Source: Epiperipatus broadwayi
Taxonomy: Eukaryota; Animalia; Onychophora
Reading direction: 5' to 3'
Assembly: GCA_028023455.1 (NCBI GenBank)
Contig: JAQFVV010000003.1
Coordinates: forward strand, 24,056,001 to 24,120,000
DNA length: 64,000 bases
Translations under genes and position numbers: made by a program
In this document: positions 12,831-27,400 of the stretch, piece after piece
How positions within the stretch are numbered: position 1 is the stretch's first letter
How the letters are laid out: every line of letters begins with the position of its first letter
Notes under the pieces: model-generated
Told to the model about the DNA's origin: nothing
What the model saw: only the letters and a program-made list of their open reading frames with translations
The model's database searches: none

Positions 12831-13545
12831 AAGATGTTTTATGACTGCCAATATTATGTAGTCACTTTTCATTTGAAGAATCAAAAACACTCACTTCTGT
12901 TGTCCATGCATGGCTATCTCTATAATACTGCCAGAGTTCATATTAATAGCATTATTATATATTTTCATAAAGAATTGTCTTAACCAAGAGTTTATCAATA
13001 TGAAGTCTGATTTTTATGTGAAGACATCATTTTCATCTACTAATGCATATTATTTTCATGATGGGCTGCAGGTAAAATTTAATCCACCTACTCCATGTGA
13101 TGTGTTAATTTATAAGCAATGTAATGCAGATCCTACTTTAATTTCTGCCGAGTTTCTTTAATATGTATTGAAAGATAATACCAGATGCACTCAATGTAAA
13201 TATAAATAATAATAAAAATGAAGTCAATTGAATATATATCAATGTAGGTGATGGTAAACTTGTCATTATATAATTAATAGAAGGAGCTTATGATCACATT
13301 ATATATATAATACTCAACTTGTAAATTGTAACCTTATGATGAAAACCACAAAACTTGTTGTTATGAAATACTACTTGCAAATTAATTTGAAAAATGTTTA
13401 TTTCAGAATGGATTTTAATTAAAAATTTTTGGTACAAAAGTTTGTTTTTTTTTTTTAAAAAAAAAACAAAATATTCTTTATTATCATGATGTATTGATTA
13501 CATTTTTTTTAATGATAATATTGTACAATATTTAAAATATTTTTA

Positions 13546-15295
13546 AATAAATCACCAACTCTGTTCCAAATGTAAATATCCCACATGTATATAAATATTT
13601 CACAGAGTAAAAAAAAAAATTTAAAATAAAAAATAAATGCAAATTCACCAAGCACTTTGGTTAATATTCCAGTGCATGCTCAATGGAACACTCGTGTTAT
13701 TTGATTAATGACATCATTAGACCTAGCAATAAACCAAACCTCTTTTAACTTCCTCTTCCTATCATTAGGCTCATTGCAAATAGCATTAATCATTTGAGGA
13801 AAACATTCATGTCCACTAATTTTCTCATGATTAAAAAATACTGAATTAACCTGAGACTTCATTTTAGATTTCCTATATTAATAAACATGTTGCGGCAATA
13901 TTAGCCTTCATTTCCCCATATTAAATAGCATTACAATTGAATAAACAACTCCATATTTATCATCACCATCCACACTATCTTTTGAATTATTTATCCACCT
14001 ATTTAAACATAAAAGTGATCAATGACCAACATTATAATCTTTACTAATTATTTTCCCCAATTTCATATTTATAGATGTCATATATGTCAAAGAAATCTAT
14101 TCCTTATCTGTTTTTTTCTTTACCTCCACATTTTGTTTAAACCTGACTTTATTATAAAATAAATACAATAGTCTATACAACCAACTTTTATTGTCACCCA
14201 CACTTATTAAATCATTCATATATCTTTGAATATTTCTTTTTCTATCTGCCTTACACAAATATAAACTATGATTCAAAAACATGTAAATTCAGACAATTTA
14301 TAATTTAACAATAGCTATGTTGATGGATGTTTTTATAAAAACCCTTACATTTAATGGTTTATTTTATACACAAACTCTTTATGATCTCTACATATATTTA
14401 CATCTAAATAATTCAAAGACATATTATCCTCAAATTACATAGTCCATACTAAACCCAAATTATTATTCAAATTAACAAAAATATCTTCAATTTTCTTAGT
14501 CCATACACAAACACATCATCCACGTATCTTCTATGCAAAATATTATCATTGCCATTTATAAATGACTCTACAATATATTTTTAAATTTCTGAAACCTACA
14601 AACTACAAATGAAGAATGGTTGGCCCATGGGTTTGGCAATAAGTGGTGCTATTTATTGTATAGACAATTGTATTTATTTTATAATAAAGTCAAATTTAAA
14701 CAAAATAAGGAGTAAAGAAGAAAACAGATAAGGAATGGATTTCTTTGACATATGTGACATCTATAAATATAAAATTAATGGAAATAATTGGTAAAAATTA
14801 TTTTGTTGGTCTTAGATCATCCTTATGTTTAAATAGGTTGATAAATAATTCCAAAGATAGTGTCAATGGTGATGATAAATACAGTGTTGTTTATTTAATT
14901 ATTTGCCATCTGGTTGTAATGCTGTTTATTATGGGAAAATGAAAGCTAATGTATCAACAAGGTTGCAATAACATGTTTATCAATATAAGAAATCTAAAAT
15001 GGAATCTCAGGTTAATTCAGTATTTTTAATTATGAGAGAATTAGTGGGCATGAATGTTTTCCTCAAATGATTAGTGCTATTTGCAATGAGCCTAATGATA
15101 GGAAGAGGAAGTTGAAAAAGGCTTGGTTTATTGCTAAGTCTAATGACATCATTAATCCACATAATATGAGTGTCCCATTGAGAGCTTACACTGGTATATT
15201 AACTGTTCAGCTTAAATTAGCCGCCATGAATCTGATATACAGTGCTTGGAGAATTAGTATTTATTTTAAATTTTTTTTACTCTGTGTAATGTTGG
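13546..15295. mobile_element. PLE family B fold-back insertion
   Basis: ~13590-14200 is inverted against ~14640-15295. Minus arm has RRYVDDVF (~14525) and RKRKLKEVWFI; plus arm starts with KNGWPMGLAISG (~14610). 18-bp direct repeat ATATTTAAAATATTTTTA at 13528-13545 / 15296-15313. Confidence 0.85.
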
Positions 15296-18200
15296 ATATT
15301 TAAAATATTTTTATAACTGAGAGGAGATTAGAAGTTTGTTGTTAATAATTTTAAAATTATAAAAACCTTTTTATTTTAATAACATAATCATTCAACCATT
15401 TTTTTTTTGGTGTAGTACATCTAAGTATATATATATTGTCAAATTAATTTCATTTAGAGATGCTTAGTGTGGTATTTTAATTTTTGTAATGTTTTCTATG
15501 CTTTGAGATGAGAATGGAAATTGTTTCACTAACATTTTAATAATTATTTACAAATCTAAATCATCTATTTGATTACATTATTTTAAATTTCAAAATATGG
15601 GTGAAATAATTTTTATAATTACATTTTGTTCTGCATAAACTGGGTATTCACATGTCTTTTGATTATCCAAATTATTTAATTCTAAACATTGTGCATGTTA
15701 TGATGAAATCAAAATCTAAAAGTTCAAGATACATTCTCAGAATAGTAAATAAAACAAACCTGTTTAGTTACTCATTTCAGTATCTAAATATCACATGGCA
15801 CTCTGAACAACCAATTATATGATTAAATTCATAGTTATGTGCAAATTGAAAGAAATGGATTCTAAAAGTAAAGGTTTCAACCAATTTCTCTTTGAACAAA
15901 GTTAAAGAAAAATTAGATAAATTGAATGATACTTTTGTGAGCAACACATCATTTGAATGTTAAATGTTACATAATTTTTCAAGCAACTGATTAATTACAC
16001 TTTATAATTTTTTGATTTTCCAAACTTCCTTTGCTTCAGTTAATTTGAGTAAGAGATTGACCTGATGATAATGACATTTTCACATTAACATTTAATGTAA
16101 TGTTGTTTTCATAACCTGTAATTTTAATTTAAAAATAGGTATTTTAATTTTGAGTTTTAAATGTTTTATTTTTTAGCAAAATTAATTTCTGGGAAATCTG
16201 TTAATACCAAAAAAGTAATTTGCATGTATGTTATGCATACATTCTTAGTATAAATCATGTAGAATAAATAATAAAAGCTTTATCATTTATGGTGTGTGCA
16301 TACAACAATCTTTTTATACATAGCTTTTCATCTTGTTAGCTTACCATGTATAATTTTGCATGATTCTGTTATTCATTGTGTAGATATCTTTCTATAGTTT
16401 TTATAATGCTCTTAGTGAATATAATTTTGAGATGACCAAAAATCACTGATCCTGGATCTTACAATGTGATAAGTTTATGTAATCAATTTATGGTTACCAA
16501 TTGTGCATTTTTAAGAGTAAAGATAGTCACTGCACATAGTATTAATCAAATCAATTAATTTTTGTATAGTAATAGTTTGAGTGTTTTTCTATCTTTATTT
16601 TATAGTTTAACCAAAAATAGCTATATACTTATTTGCTGATGAGTATTGATTGAATGGGTAGGTAGTTATCCGAAATAAAAATCCCAAGCTGGTGAAAAAA
16701 AATTTCAAATTAATTCATCCCTGATGTACTCGTTTGAAATAAAATAGAAAAATCAGATTAAATAATCTAATTTAATATTTTTAAGATTATTATTTATAAA
16801 CGAAACAAAATCATGTTTTTACTGTCACAAATGTGAGTAATTGCAACGAGTTCTTTTGATACTACTGACATGTTTATCTGAAATGTGAATCGACATATAA
16901 CCTTTGTGCACCAAATTTAACATGTCCTTACAGTAGTAGATAATAAATTGACAATTCTTGCTAGTTTTGAATGAAGTTTATATAATATTAAACACCTTTT
17001 TACGTTTTACACACACGAAGAAATTATAGTCCATCTTTCGATTTTATATTAGTATCTTTCTTTAAGGAAACGTATTTATTTGTACACTTTTTTTTTGTGA
17101 ATAAGGAATAATAAATCTAAATACTTTCATAGATTATTTATTTCAAAGGAACGACAAGAATTGGTATCAATAGCTTTACCTAATGAAAATCCTGTAATAT
17201 TATTAACTCGACATAGTGGTAGAGTAGCAGACTCTAAAGGTCAACTTTCACGAATCACCGTCCATTTTGTCTTGTGACTTCCAGTGTTCGAACTTCTCGT
17301 GATTTCTCGAGCAATAAACTAAGTCAATGATTTGAATATACTGTATCTAAAAATAAAATAACAAATAAAAGTATGTGTACTATTTGAGTTTGTGTAAAAT
17401 AAAATTAATATAAACATCTTAATTTTATTAGAATAAAGAATAAGACAGTATGGAATGTTATCCAAAACATCTTTTTTTTATTACTCTATTGGTAGGGGGC
17501 ATATTTTTAAAAGTTTTAAATAAATTAAAAATGCAAGCATTCAATATTCAACTTTACTGTCTGCATTTTATTTATCACTATGAATTAGTTTACAAAACTA
17601 TGAATAGAGTTTAATTTGAGCCTCAAGCTTTAATATTTTTTGTTATCCTCTGATTAAAAACAGCATACATAAATTAAAACTGAAAACAAGACTAGCTTCG
17701 TAAATTGACTTAAAACTCAATCACTTTGGAGCAGCTAAACTGACTTGTGAATGCTTATATCCACCTTTTTAAGCATTTTACTAATGGAAATTTTAACATG
17801 CCTAAAATCCTAAAAGTGTGTAGTTACTATTATATATATTTTACCCTAATTAAATTAGATATTATTTTCCATAATTTTAACATTAATAATAATTAAAAAA
17901 AGGGAATGGTTCATTCCTCAGGAATTCATAAAAATTTGAGCATCCCAAGTAACTGAGTAAACCATGATCCATTAACTTTGAATCCGCCTCTCTATCTCTA
18001 ACATTAAATCACGCAAGACAATTAATTAATGTGGAAACATAACATCTAGTAAATAAATAAAATGTAAGATATTTATATTACTTTTTTCCCTCAAAACATT
18101 ACTAACTAAACTAATTATAATGCAAATTTTATTTTAAAAAGATAACTGTTATGTCCATATGTGTGGTTATATACATTAAGACACAATGTTTTTAAATAAT

Positions 18201-20899
18201 CAGAATAGCGAATAGTCTGCAACAACTCTATCTCTACAATTCGCTAATGTTCAATTCCCTCGATGTTCATTCAGGCTGGCTGCTACAAAAACGGTTCACA
18301 ATGGGCTAGGTTTAGGCATACCTTGGCCCCAGTCCAGTTTAGCTGTATACGAACGCTTCGTAGTAAAGTACTGTGACTGACCTTAAGCTCTTTACAGCTT
18401 CCGTCTCTGCAACAGTCTATCAGTAACTCCACTTGAAAACTGCTGGAAACTCAACTCTTATTCAGCTGCTATCCAGACGGTTTCCTCAGGCTGCGGTCTC
18501 CCATTCTCTGTGGGCCCTTTCCAGCTATACCTGTGAACTATATTTCCACTGAGTGCTGGACCTTAACCGCAAGCACTGACGCTAGATATCTCCTGCTGGA
18601 ATTGAACAGATGTCTACTGGAGATGCACTCAAATACCCTCACGTAGTTGTTACTCAAATACTCCTCTGTGTAGTTGTTAACAGTCTTTTTATGCTTTCTG
18701 ATAACTGCAGCAATTAATCACATTGTCCAATAAGGTAACGTCTTTTATCTAGAAATATTTGCAATCAGCAAATATTTCTTGGAATTATCGTCCACCATTA
18801 TGTTAATTAAATTCCTCAGTTATCAGTGTGCGCAATCTAAAAACAACCTCTCGAATAAATATTAGTTTTTCTGGAGTGCACAACTTGCATTCAATTTTTA
18901 CAAAATACAACAATAACATAACACTGTAATGTTAACATTTTGAACAGATTGAACATTAATAATAGCATTAATAATTTTTATTAATCTCTCATTAGACTAG
19001 AGATTATCCTATAATGAATAATACTTCTGTAGTGTAATTTTCATTATACCACTGTTACGCAAGGTAAGGAATGTTTTCTATCCACTTTTAACACCTTGTG
19101 TAGGGATGTAATCATAAACATACCTTGAGTAAGGGTAGTGTACTGAAAACTATACTACGGGAATGTTATTAATAGTTCAATGTACTTGGTGAAATATAGA
19201 GTTTGAATTTTTCTAATGTCATTTAACAATTGATGAGAATATATCAACATAAAATGCCATTATTACAAACAATTAAACAAACATAATAACCTTTTTGCTG
19301 GAAAGAATTATTGCTATGTATATATAGATTATAAGGATTGTAATATGCAATGTGAGATTCATTACCTATTGTCCAATAGACATTTCACAATCAAGTTGGA
19401 AATTCTACAACAACAAAAAAAAAGTTAAAAAATTATCCTGATCATTAACAATATACATTCACTAATAAATAATAAATAGAACTGATTTTAGTTTTTTGCT
19501 CCAGAGAACTTTGATTATTTAGCAACTATCCTATTAATTGCTTGCATTATTAATCCCAATACTATTTGTTTTTGTTTTTTATATTAAGAAAATGCCACAG
19601 AAAATCTTTTTAATAAATTATAGCCTTGTTCTTGGAGAATGTTAGTTTCAGGATTATTTACTGAAATTATTCTCTAAAAAATATAATACATTATTCCAAA
19701 TAGAATCTCATATGCATATCGTATCTGTCCAAGATAGAAAGAAAGGTATTATGTGCTTACCTTATAAGCTATTTTATATAGTAAGAATCTGAACTTAATA
19801 AATAATTGTTTTCTAAATTAATGTTATTCTTTAATTTAGCTGAATTGAAGCTCATTTGTAATCAAATAAAAGGTCATATGATGTTTTACTACTACTACTT
19901 CTTGGTAAAACTGAACATAAACAATTCCACTCAGTTTTTATTTTCATCTATTATAATTGATCTATAAATTTACAGCATTAATTCTTCCACTCTATTATCA
20001 TGTTAATATGCATAGAAGATTGTAAACATTAAATTCATTGATACCTAAGCATAAATGTGATTTCAATATACGAAATTGTGTCATTAATGATATTAAAAGT
20101 TATATGCACATCTGATTACTTGACTTGCATAAAAAGTATTCTACAAGTTTCTCATTGACTGTTGTTTTGTTTAGTGTTTCATTGTGCAATTACATATAAG
20201 CTGCCATTTCCTTTAACCATAGGAATAGTAAAGGCAACATCATATTACAATTGTATTTTGAATATTACAATCACCAATCAATAATCTTGTAACAAATTTT
20301 GATTAATCTAAAAATTATTAACACAAGCTAATAATAGCTAGATGCTCATTTATGGATCAAATCTGTATTGCTAGTTATATTGAATATGGACTTGTTATCT
20401 AAAAGAAAAATTGTAAATCTACTTTTGTCTGAAATTATTTTCAGGGGCATGTCAAATGATATGCATTAATACATCAAAAAACTAAAATAAATAATTAATA
20501 GAATGATTTAATGATTGGAAAATTAAAAAAAAAAAAATCTTTAGATATACTATCTTAAAAAAGTTTGAGTAATTTTTATATGATTATAAATAAATTTGGT
20601 TTTTCCATTCTAAAGACAATGTCTAATATCTAATACATTGCAATGAAGATTCAGTAAGATATCTTTAGAATTCATTTAAGTGCTATATTAAGTCATTTAA
20701 AGGAGCATGTTATATACATTTTTATATAATTATATGATCAATTACTTAGGAGATCATGACATTCAAGCAACTAGCAGGTTATGGTTTTAGTATTTCATTT
20801 AAATCTTTATTGAAATATATCTTTTGCTGTAGATGGTAAGAGTTCCTCTTAATGAAAGTCTTGGATTTCATGTATATTGTATAGCTTCTGACTGATATA

Positions 20900-21500
20900 G
20901 AAAAATTTTGTTTAGTGAATGTATATTTGAAATTGCACATTGGATATTACAAACATTTAACTTTTAGAAATAGTATATAACTTAATATAGAACACATGTC
21001 AAGTGATATTAATACTGCTCTCTTCCTCAATGATATTGGTTTCACCAATGATAAGTATTATTATGAGAATTGAACCACTCACCTTTAGATTCATGAAAAA
21101 CTGAACTAAACTATTTTGGCAAACAATCAGTAGAAATTTTATATCCTTACCTTTGAGGATCCTCCTGATTTTTCCTTTTTTTTTATAAATGCCAGATTTA
21201 ATTAGTTGTTTCTAAAACAGTATGATTTATTACATTAGATTGACTTTGAACATTATTTATCATTGTGATTAGTTTCTTTAAATTTTCTTCTTTTTATGTT
21301 TTTCTTCATGTCCAATAATTTTTGTGTTTTCCCAATCAAACCATATATTTATTGGCACATCATGGTTTGTTTTTTTAGACTTTTTAATCTTTACTTGTGA
21401 CTTTTAAAATTATTTTTCAACAGGATAGTTATGTTCATTGATATATCCTTCCACATTCATAAATGTTCTAGCGAAATTGTATAATGATATTGTTAATATT
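20900..21500 (-). mobile_element. Old degenerate PLE family A 3' fragment (endonuclease end plus pLTR)
   Basis: 21250-21480 aligns with 33010-33240; 21070-21170 aligns with the pLTR (TGAAC..CACCTTTAGATTC, TAGAAATTT, CCTCCTGA). Confidence 0.65.
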
Positions 21501-22029
21501 CTAACATATAACTATTAAGTAAAATATAATCTTTGCAAACCTTCAAACAACTTGAATTTATAGTTTTTCAGAAGCATTTATTAACACTGAAGCTTTGTAA
21601 TAAAATTAAGCACTTTAGAATTGTTCCATAGAGCTTTAATATAGTTGAATTTTTTTTTACTATTCATATTCAATATATAATAAATACATAAATAAAATGT
21701 GATTCCTTCTCACTGAAATTTTTATATTCTCTCCTTAATCAAACTGTTATATTTCTTTTTTTCTATGTTTTACAACTCTTGACAAAGTGTTTCTAAAAAT
21801 AATCTAGTATATTAATAAATATCCCCTTTTTAGATTAGGAATTTTGTTTATTTTTTCTTTTTTATTTATATTCAAAATCTTCTTTCACATTCTTTCTTTC
21901 TTTTCCAGGGAAAGACTTTTGCTCATTCCCTCCCATTCCCTACAAATATCGTGTAGGGATTGTGTATTATAGAAACAAATTGACTTGGATTCAAAGTGTT
22001 AAGATGTTTTGAATTCAAACTGCTAGCTG

Positions 22030-22135
22030 TGAACCCATAAAATCCAAGTGTATTAAAGGCCAACGCTCCTATTTGATGAGAGTCATAAGCCAATAACTAA
22101 TTTGGTGATGTGGATAAGATAGCACCAGATGTGAA
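22030..22135 (+). mobile_element. Very degenerate H1 hammerhead-repeat relic
   Basis: GCTCCT ATTTGATGAGAGTCATAAGCCAATAACTAATTTGGTGATGTGGATAAG..GCACCAGATG aligns with the H1 consensus. Confidence 0.55.
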
Positions 22136-22789
22136 TTTAATACTACTACTTTCTAGTAGTTAATTAATTACTAAAACTTATAAAAAATGTTCATGACTCA
22201 CCAAATAATTCTATTTTATTGTTAAAAGTCTTTTAAATCTAAATATTTGGACCATTTTTAGTATTTATAAAGCAAGTTTGGATTGAAATCAAATGTCCAA
22301 CAGATGTTTAAAATAATTAAAACTTCAGTTAATTTTATGAATTACTTCAGTAGTGTTTTTGCTTTTGTTAGTGCATCCCTTATCTCAGCTATATATCACA
22401 ACATCCACCAGTGTTAAAACTCAGATCACTTCTCTCTAAGCATGGGTTTCACAAATGGTTCTTACTCAACAGGTGAAGTAGAATATCAAATATCTGAATC
22501 TACATGTTCTTATTAACAGCTCATTATTTTTCTATGTAAGAACTAGTTTCTATCCATTTGTAACATGTTGTGGAAAAATAAACTATCATTGCACTGTAGA
22601 TATATATTCTCAATATTTTTTCTTTTTTATCAATTCATCCTTAACCCCATCATATCATAAACATTCACTATGCACACATTTCATAAAAAACCTTCATTAA
22701 TTAATTATTTACTTTTTTTTTCTTTGCAAAAATTTGATATTGTTTTTTACTTTTGTTCAATATATGTATTCCTTTTTTTTTGTATAAAG

Positions 22790-22861
22790 ATATATTCATT
22801 TCAATGACCTTGAAGAGTTGGAACCAGAAACTTTTTCAAATTTGCCATCATTGGAAAGATT
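22790..22861 (+). CDS. PXDN: Peroxidasin LRR exon (YIHFNDLEELEPETFSNLPSLERL)
   Basis: AG at 22788-22789, GTAAGT at 22862, 72 bp, phase 2, in frame with the flanking exons; matches [24 protein letters not shown]. Confidence 0.92.
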
Positions 22862-22949
22862 GTAAGTATGAACATCAGTTAAATTTATTTTACATAAAAC
22901 ATGTTGTCTCTTTATTATACTTGTCTATTATTTGTGACTTCTTCTGGCT

Positions 22950-25130
22950 CCTTCTTTTTCTTATTATTATTAATTATTATTATTATTTGTCTTTGTCTTA
23001 GAGAGTTACAAAAGTTTTACATAGCTTGGATTGCTGTGTTTACATGAGCAATCAATCTGTAATTATAGGTTTACATATATAAAAGTTGATTTATTGGTTT
23101 ACGCATGATTTCAGGAATTTTTACATGCTATGGATTAGTTACAAGGATTTTACATAGCTTGGACTACTGTGATTACATTGGCAATCCATAGATGTAGTTT
23201 TACATATGTAAAAGTTGATTTATTGATGTACATGAGATTACAAGGTTTTTCATGTTGTGGATTAGTTACATGGGTTTTACAACAGGAGCACTTTGTAGTT
23301 GTAGGTTTATGTGCATAAAAGTTTATTTAGTTATTTACATGAGATTGCAGCAATTTTTATATGCTGCGGATTAGTTGCAGAGGTTTTACATAGCTTGGAT
23401 CGCTGTGGTTACATGGGAAATCTGTAGTTATAGATTTACATATGTAAAAGTTGTTTTATTAATTTACAGAAGACTACATAAATTTTATATGCTCTGAGCT
23501 GCTGTATCTACAGATGCAAACCAGGTTTAGTTTTATATGTAGTTGGATTGCCTGGGTAACATAATTGAGGAACTAGCAATTTTCATGGTAATGCGACAAT
23601 TGTCTGTGAGATAAGATCAATGTCAGTTATTTTTTATTTTTTAGGATGCTGGACTTTGGGTGACCAGCTTTTCTTTAGGTTTCATTGGCAATGTGGGTTG
23701 GGGGGAGTGTGGGCATGGGTGGAAGGCATGGTGGGATTGCTTTCATAATTGGTACAACCCCATCATGCCTGTTTTTCTGGTGCTTTTAAATAGATGAGTG
23801 CTCCAAAGTGGGTAGTACAATCATATTAGAATTGGTTGCAATTGTTAAGTTGGAGTTTGAGGTAGGTTGGTCAGAGTTTAGATCTAGCTGTGTGTTAGAA
23901 GTAGAGGCTGAATAAAGCTTTTGATGAGGTTTAAGGGTGGTATCCATAAGTAGAGGATCCTGATTTCCAGAGGAGCTGTTGATATAACTATGTTAGAACT
24001 AGATACAATTGTTGAAGTGAAGTTTGTAATAGGTTGGTCGGGATCTGGGTTGTGTTAGAGATGGAGGCCAAGTGAGACTTGATGGGATTTAAGTGTGAGA
24101 TTCATGGGTAGAGGGTCCAGACATAGGGAGACAGGGTAAAATCTGGATAGATAGTTAGGCTCAGCATTACTATTGGAAGTGATATATTTATTGAAATTAT
24201 CTAATAACTTCATGTTAGTTAAAGATTTGAATGAAAAATTTAAAGCGAAATTGGAAACAAGTTATTAACTGATTGGAAATTGAAAAAGGTATATAATTTT
24301 TTTCTTTTGGTAGCCTATGGTTTTGATTACTCTATAAGCATAAACAGCCAGAGCTTATTAACTTGGTTGTGAAAGTGGAATTGTTGGGAACTTGAAATAA
24401 AACTAAACAAAGATCAGAGTTTGCTACTATAACATTAAAAATAAGCATATGCTTGTCTGGCTTTTGGATTTTGAAACTCTGTGCTGGTATCATTCGTGGT
24501 ACACTGGTCATGTGATGGCCTTTTTTTAAAAAAAATTATCGTTAGCTAACTTTATTTTAATTGGAAGTTTGAATAAAAAATGTAACACAAAGTTGGAAGT
24601 AAATAATCAAGTGATAAAAGGTATATTATTATCTTGGTTTTGAATTCTTTTTAAGCATAAAATACCAGAGCTTGTTAACTGATTTGTGGGTAAGTGAATT
24701 GCTTGTTGGGAAATTTTTTTTTCCCAACAAAAACCGGAATGTGCTACAATAAAATTAAAAATAAGCTTATGTTTGACGGAACTTTGAAACTCTGTGCTGG
24801 TAATATTGGTGGCAAGCATCTGGTCATGTGATGGCTTTGTCGGTATATTGTTTTCTAAAATTATCATTGGGTAACTTGATTTTAATTGAAATTTTGAATG
24901 AAAAATATAGCACAAAATTATTAATTATCAACTCATTGGGAAATGAAAAAGATGTATCAGGATTTACCTTGTAAAGCTTGGGTTTTGAGTACTTTTGGAG
25001 CATGAAAAAAACTAGCTTGTTAACTTGGTTGTGAACAAGTGGATTCTTGCTGCTGAACTTCTTCATTGTCATTATATTCTTCTTCTTTTTTTTATTTCTT
25101 TCTTTCCTTTTTTTCTTTTCTTTCTTCTTC
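22950..25130 (-). repeat. Unclassified ~2.2-kb element made of successive degenerate tandem arrays (~315-345, ~165 and ~130-bp units) with a (TAA)n-like tail
   Basis: CCAGAGCTT at 24348/24665/~25010; CTCTGTGCTGGTA at 24477/24790; AGGTTGGTC...GTAGAGG.TCC twice in 23865-24120; TTTTACATAGCTTGGA at 23015/23148/23384. Confidence 0.55.
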
Positions 25131-27400
25131 TTCTGATGATGATGTCTATGGCAAGTGATTAATAAAAATGATTTTTAAGATGAAGGGTTTTTTTTTTGTA
25201 CTCTAACTCAGTACTTCTCAAATGGTTCCTGGAATACAGAAACATTCATAGTTCTCTGAAATAAAAAAATTCTACAATTTTATTGTGTTTATATTAAGTA
25301 TATTTGAATGATTTTGCTTCTTTTAAGTGATATCATTCAAATTTCAAATGTACTTAATATAAATATCAAACATAAAATTCATTAATAATAATTAGAACAA
25401 AAAATGAATAATACAATAAAAGAGACTTTAATAATGTTACTGCTGTACAAAAAGTCAATATTGAGTGAAATATTTGATACAAAAATATTTTTTTCTAATG
25501 TACCGAATATTTAAGATTGTATATACCCAATGAAGGATATTGGTTTTGTCGCTTATTATAAAATTCTGATATATGGGTTCAATATGCTCTCAAGACAATT
25601 AGTTCTTGAGATGACCATGAAAGATTGCTAAATTATAGGGATGGTACAAATGCATTCTTATCCAGTCATATTTTTTATTTCCACTTAAGTTAGGAATATA
25701 TATATATATTTTAAAAAATCAAATTTGTGATGGAGTTAATTATTATTATTTTTACTTTCTGCTATAAAATATTATTTTCTTTATGAAAATTCCCATGGAG
25801 AGAAGCAAGCATTTCTTTAAAACTTTTTAATCATGCAAGAAGTTTATTTTTAAATGTTTGCAATTTGTATTTAGGCTTGATGTATTGGTACTTTTTCTTT
25901 TTAAATAAAGATTCAGTTCATTTATTTCCATCAGGATAAATGTGATTGCGCTGATGATGCATGCACACACAAAGCTGAATTTTTAAATTCTTTATATATT
26001 AAAATAATACAAAGTAATACAAAATAAACATGAATACGTGTGAATGAGTGCTTTCAAGGAACATAGCCCTCATAGTCATAGCCATATTATAACTAACAAA
26101 ACTAATTAATTACAATGCAAATTTATGCAGATGACTATGTATTCCATTTCATGAATATATTGTAGCACATGTCTTTTCTGTTGATGGTATGATTGTCTCT
26201 AGAAATAAAACAAGCCTCTTTCACTATTATGTCATTCTCTGCAAGCAACTACAGGGTCCTTTGGTTCACAATAGTGCCCTGCTGAGCTGTGATGCTGGGT
26301 GAAAACTGAGATACACGTTGGATATATACAATTTTAATCAGCAAAATGAGATGCTAATAAAATGGGATATTTATCAAGAAGAAAAATTTGTGATTTATCT
26401 TCTAATATTAAAATTCTTTATTGTGAGATATCTATCTTATTTCTGTGTGATATAAACGAAATTCATAATTGGCATCCATTTCTTGGCATAAAATTCTAAA
26501 ACGTCTTACATTAGTGCATTAATTTTTGTATAATTAACTATTGTGGAAACTTCTGATGAACCTTTACTAAGTGATTCTTCAATATAAAAAAATTCTGGTT
26601 TTATCTATGGATAATGCAAAAACATGTCAAGCATTCAAACAAACACAAACTTTTTTTTAATTCTCCTAAAAATCCTGAAATCCTGCTAGTCATAGTTTGC
26701 AGTTCTATCATGTAAACTCCAATGCAATTTTATCATTCAAGTTCATTTTCTATAAAAAAAGTTATTCACCTAATCAAATCTCTCTCTTTCTTTAATTGCA
26801 TGGAGAGAGTTCTACAAGTTTTCATGAATTTTTAAATAATAGAGGCATCTGACAAACACCATTAAATTAGCATCATTCATATTGTCAGTTAACTCATCAA
26901 GTTGTATTGCAAATAAAGTACTTTGCTTGATTTGTGATAATGATATTATCAGCAATGCTATCTATTCTTTTTTTAATTGTCTCATTGGAGACAGGAAGTT
27001 TTTTAAAGGCTTTGATATTTTGGAACCATGGATAGTTTCACAAATTTTGATTACTGCTAGTAAGATGGGATCTTCAGCAATCATATAAGTTTTTTTTTGT
27101 TTTAGCAATTAATATAACAATTTTGAAAGCAATTTTTATTAATTTGTTATTTAATTTAGTATGCTTTGGAAAAAAATTATTTTGCCATGTTAATTTTTTT
27201 GCCTTTTTTTGGAAAAAAAAAGTATCTTATTCATAAATTTACTATATAGCCACTATATTTTCCTGATCTCATACAATCATTTGACAACTATTTCCATTAG
27301 ATTATGCAAATAGATTTGAGTGAATCATTATGGGAAGACAAATCTACATTTCCAAGTAAAAAGGATCATATTTACAATTTTTTTACATGACACTTTTTTT

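Noticed and set aside
12910-13300. Possible RT fragment (..YFHDGLQ..)
   Set aside because: Too degenerate; no recognisable QG or YADD motif.
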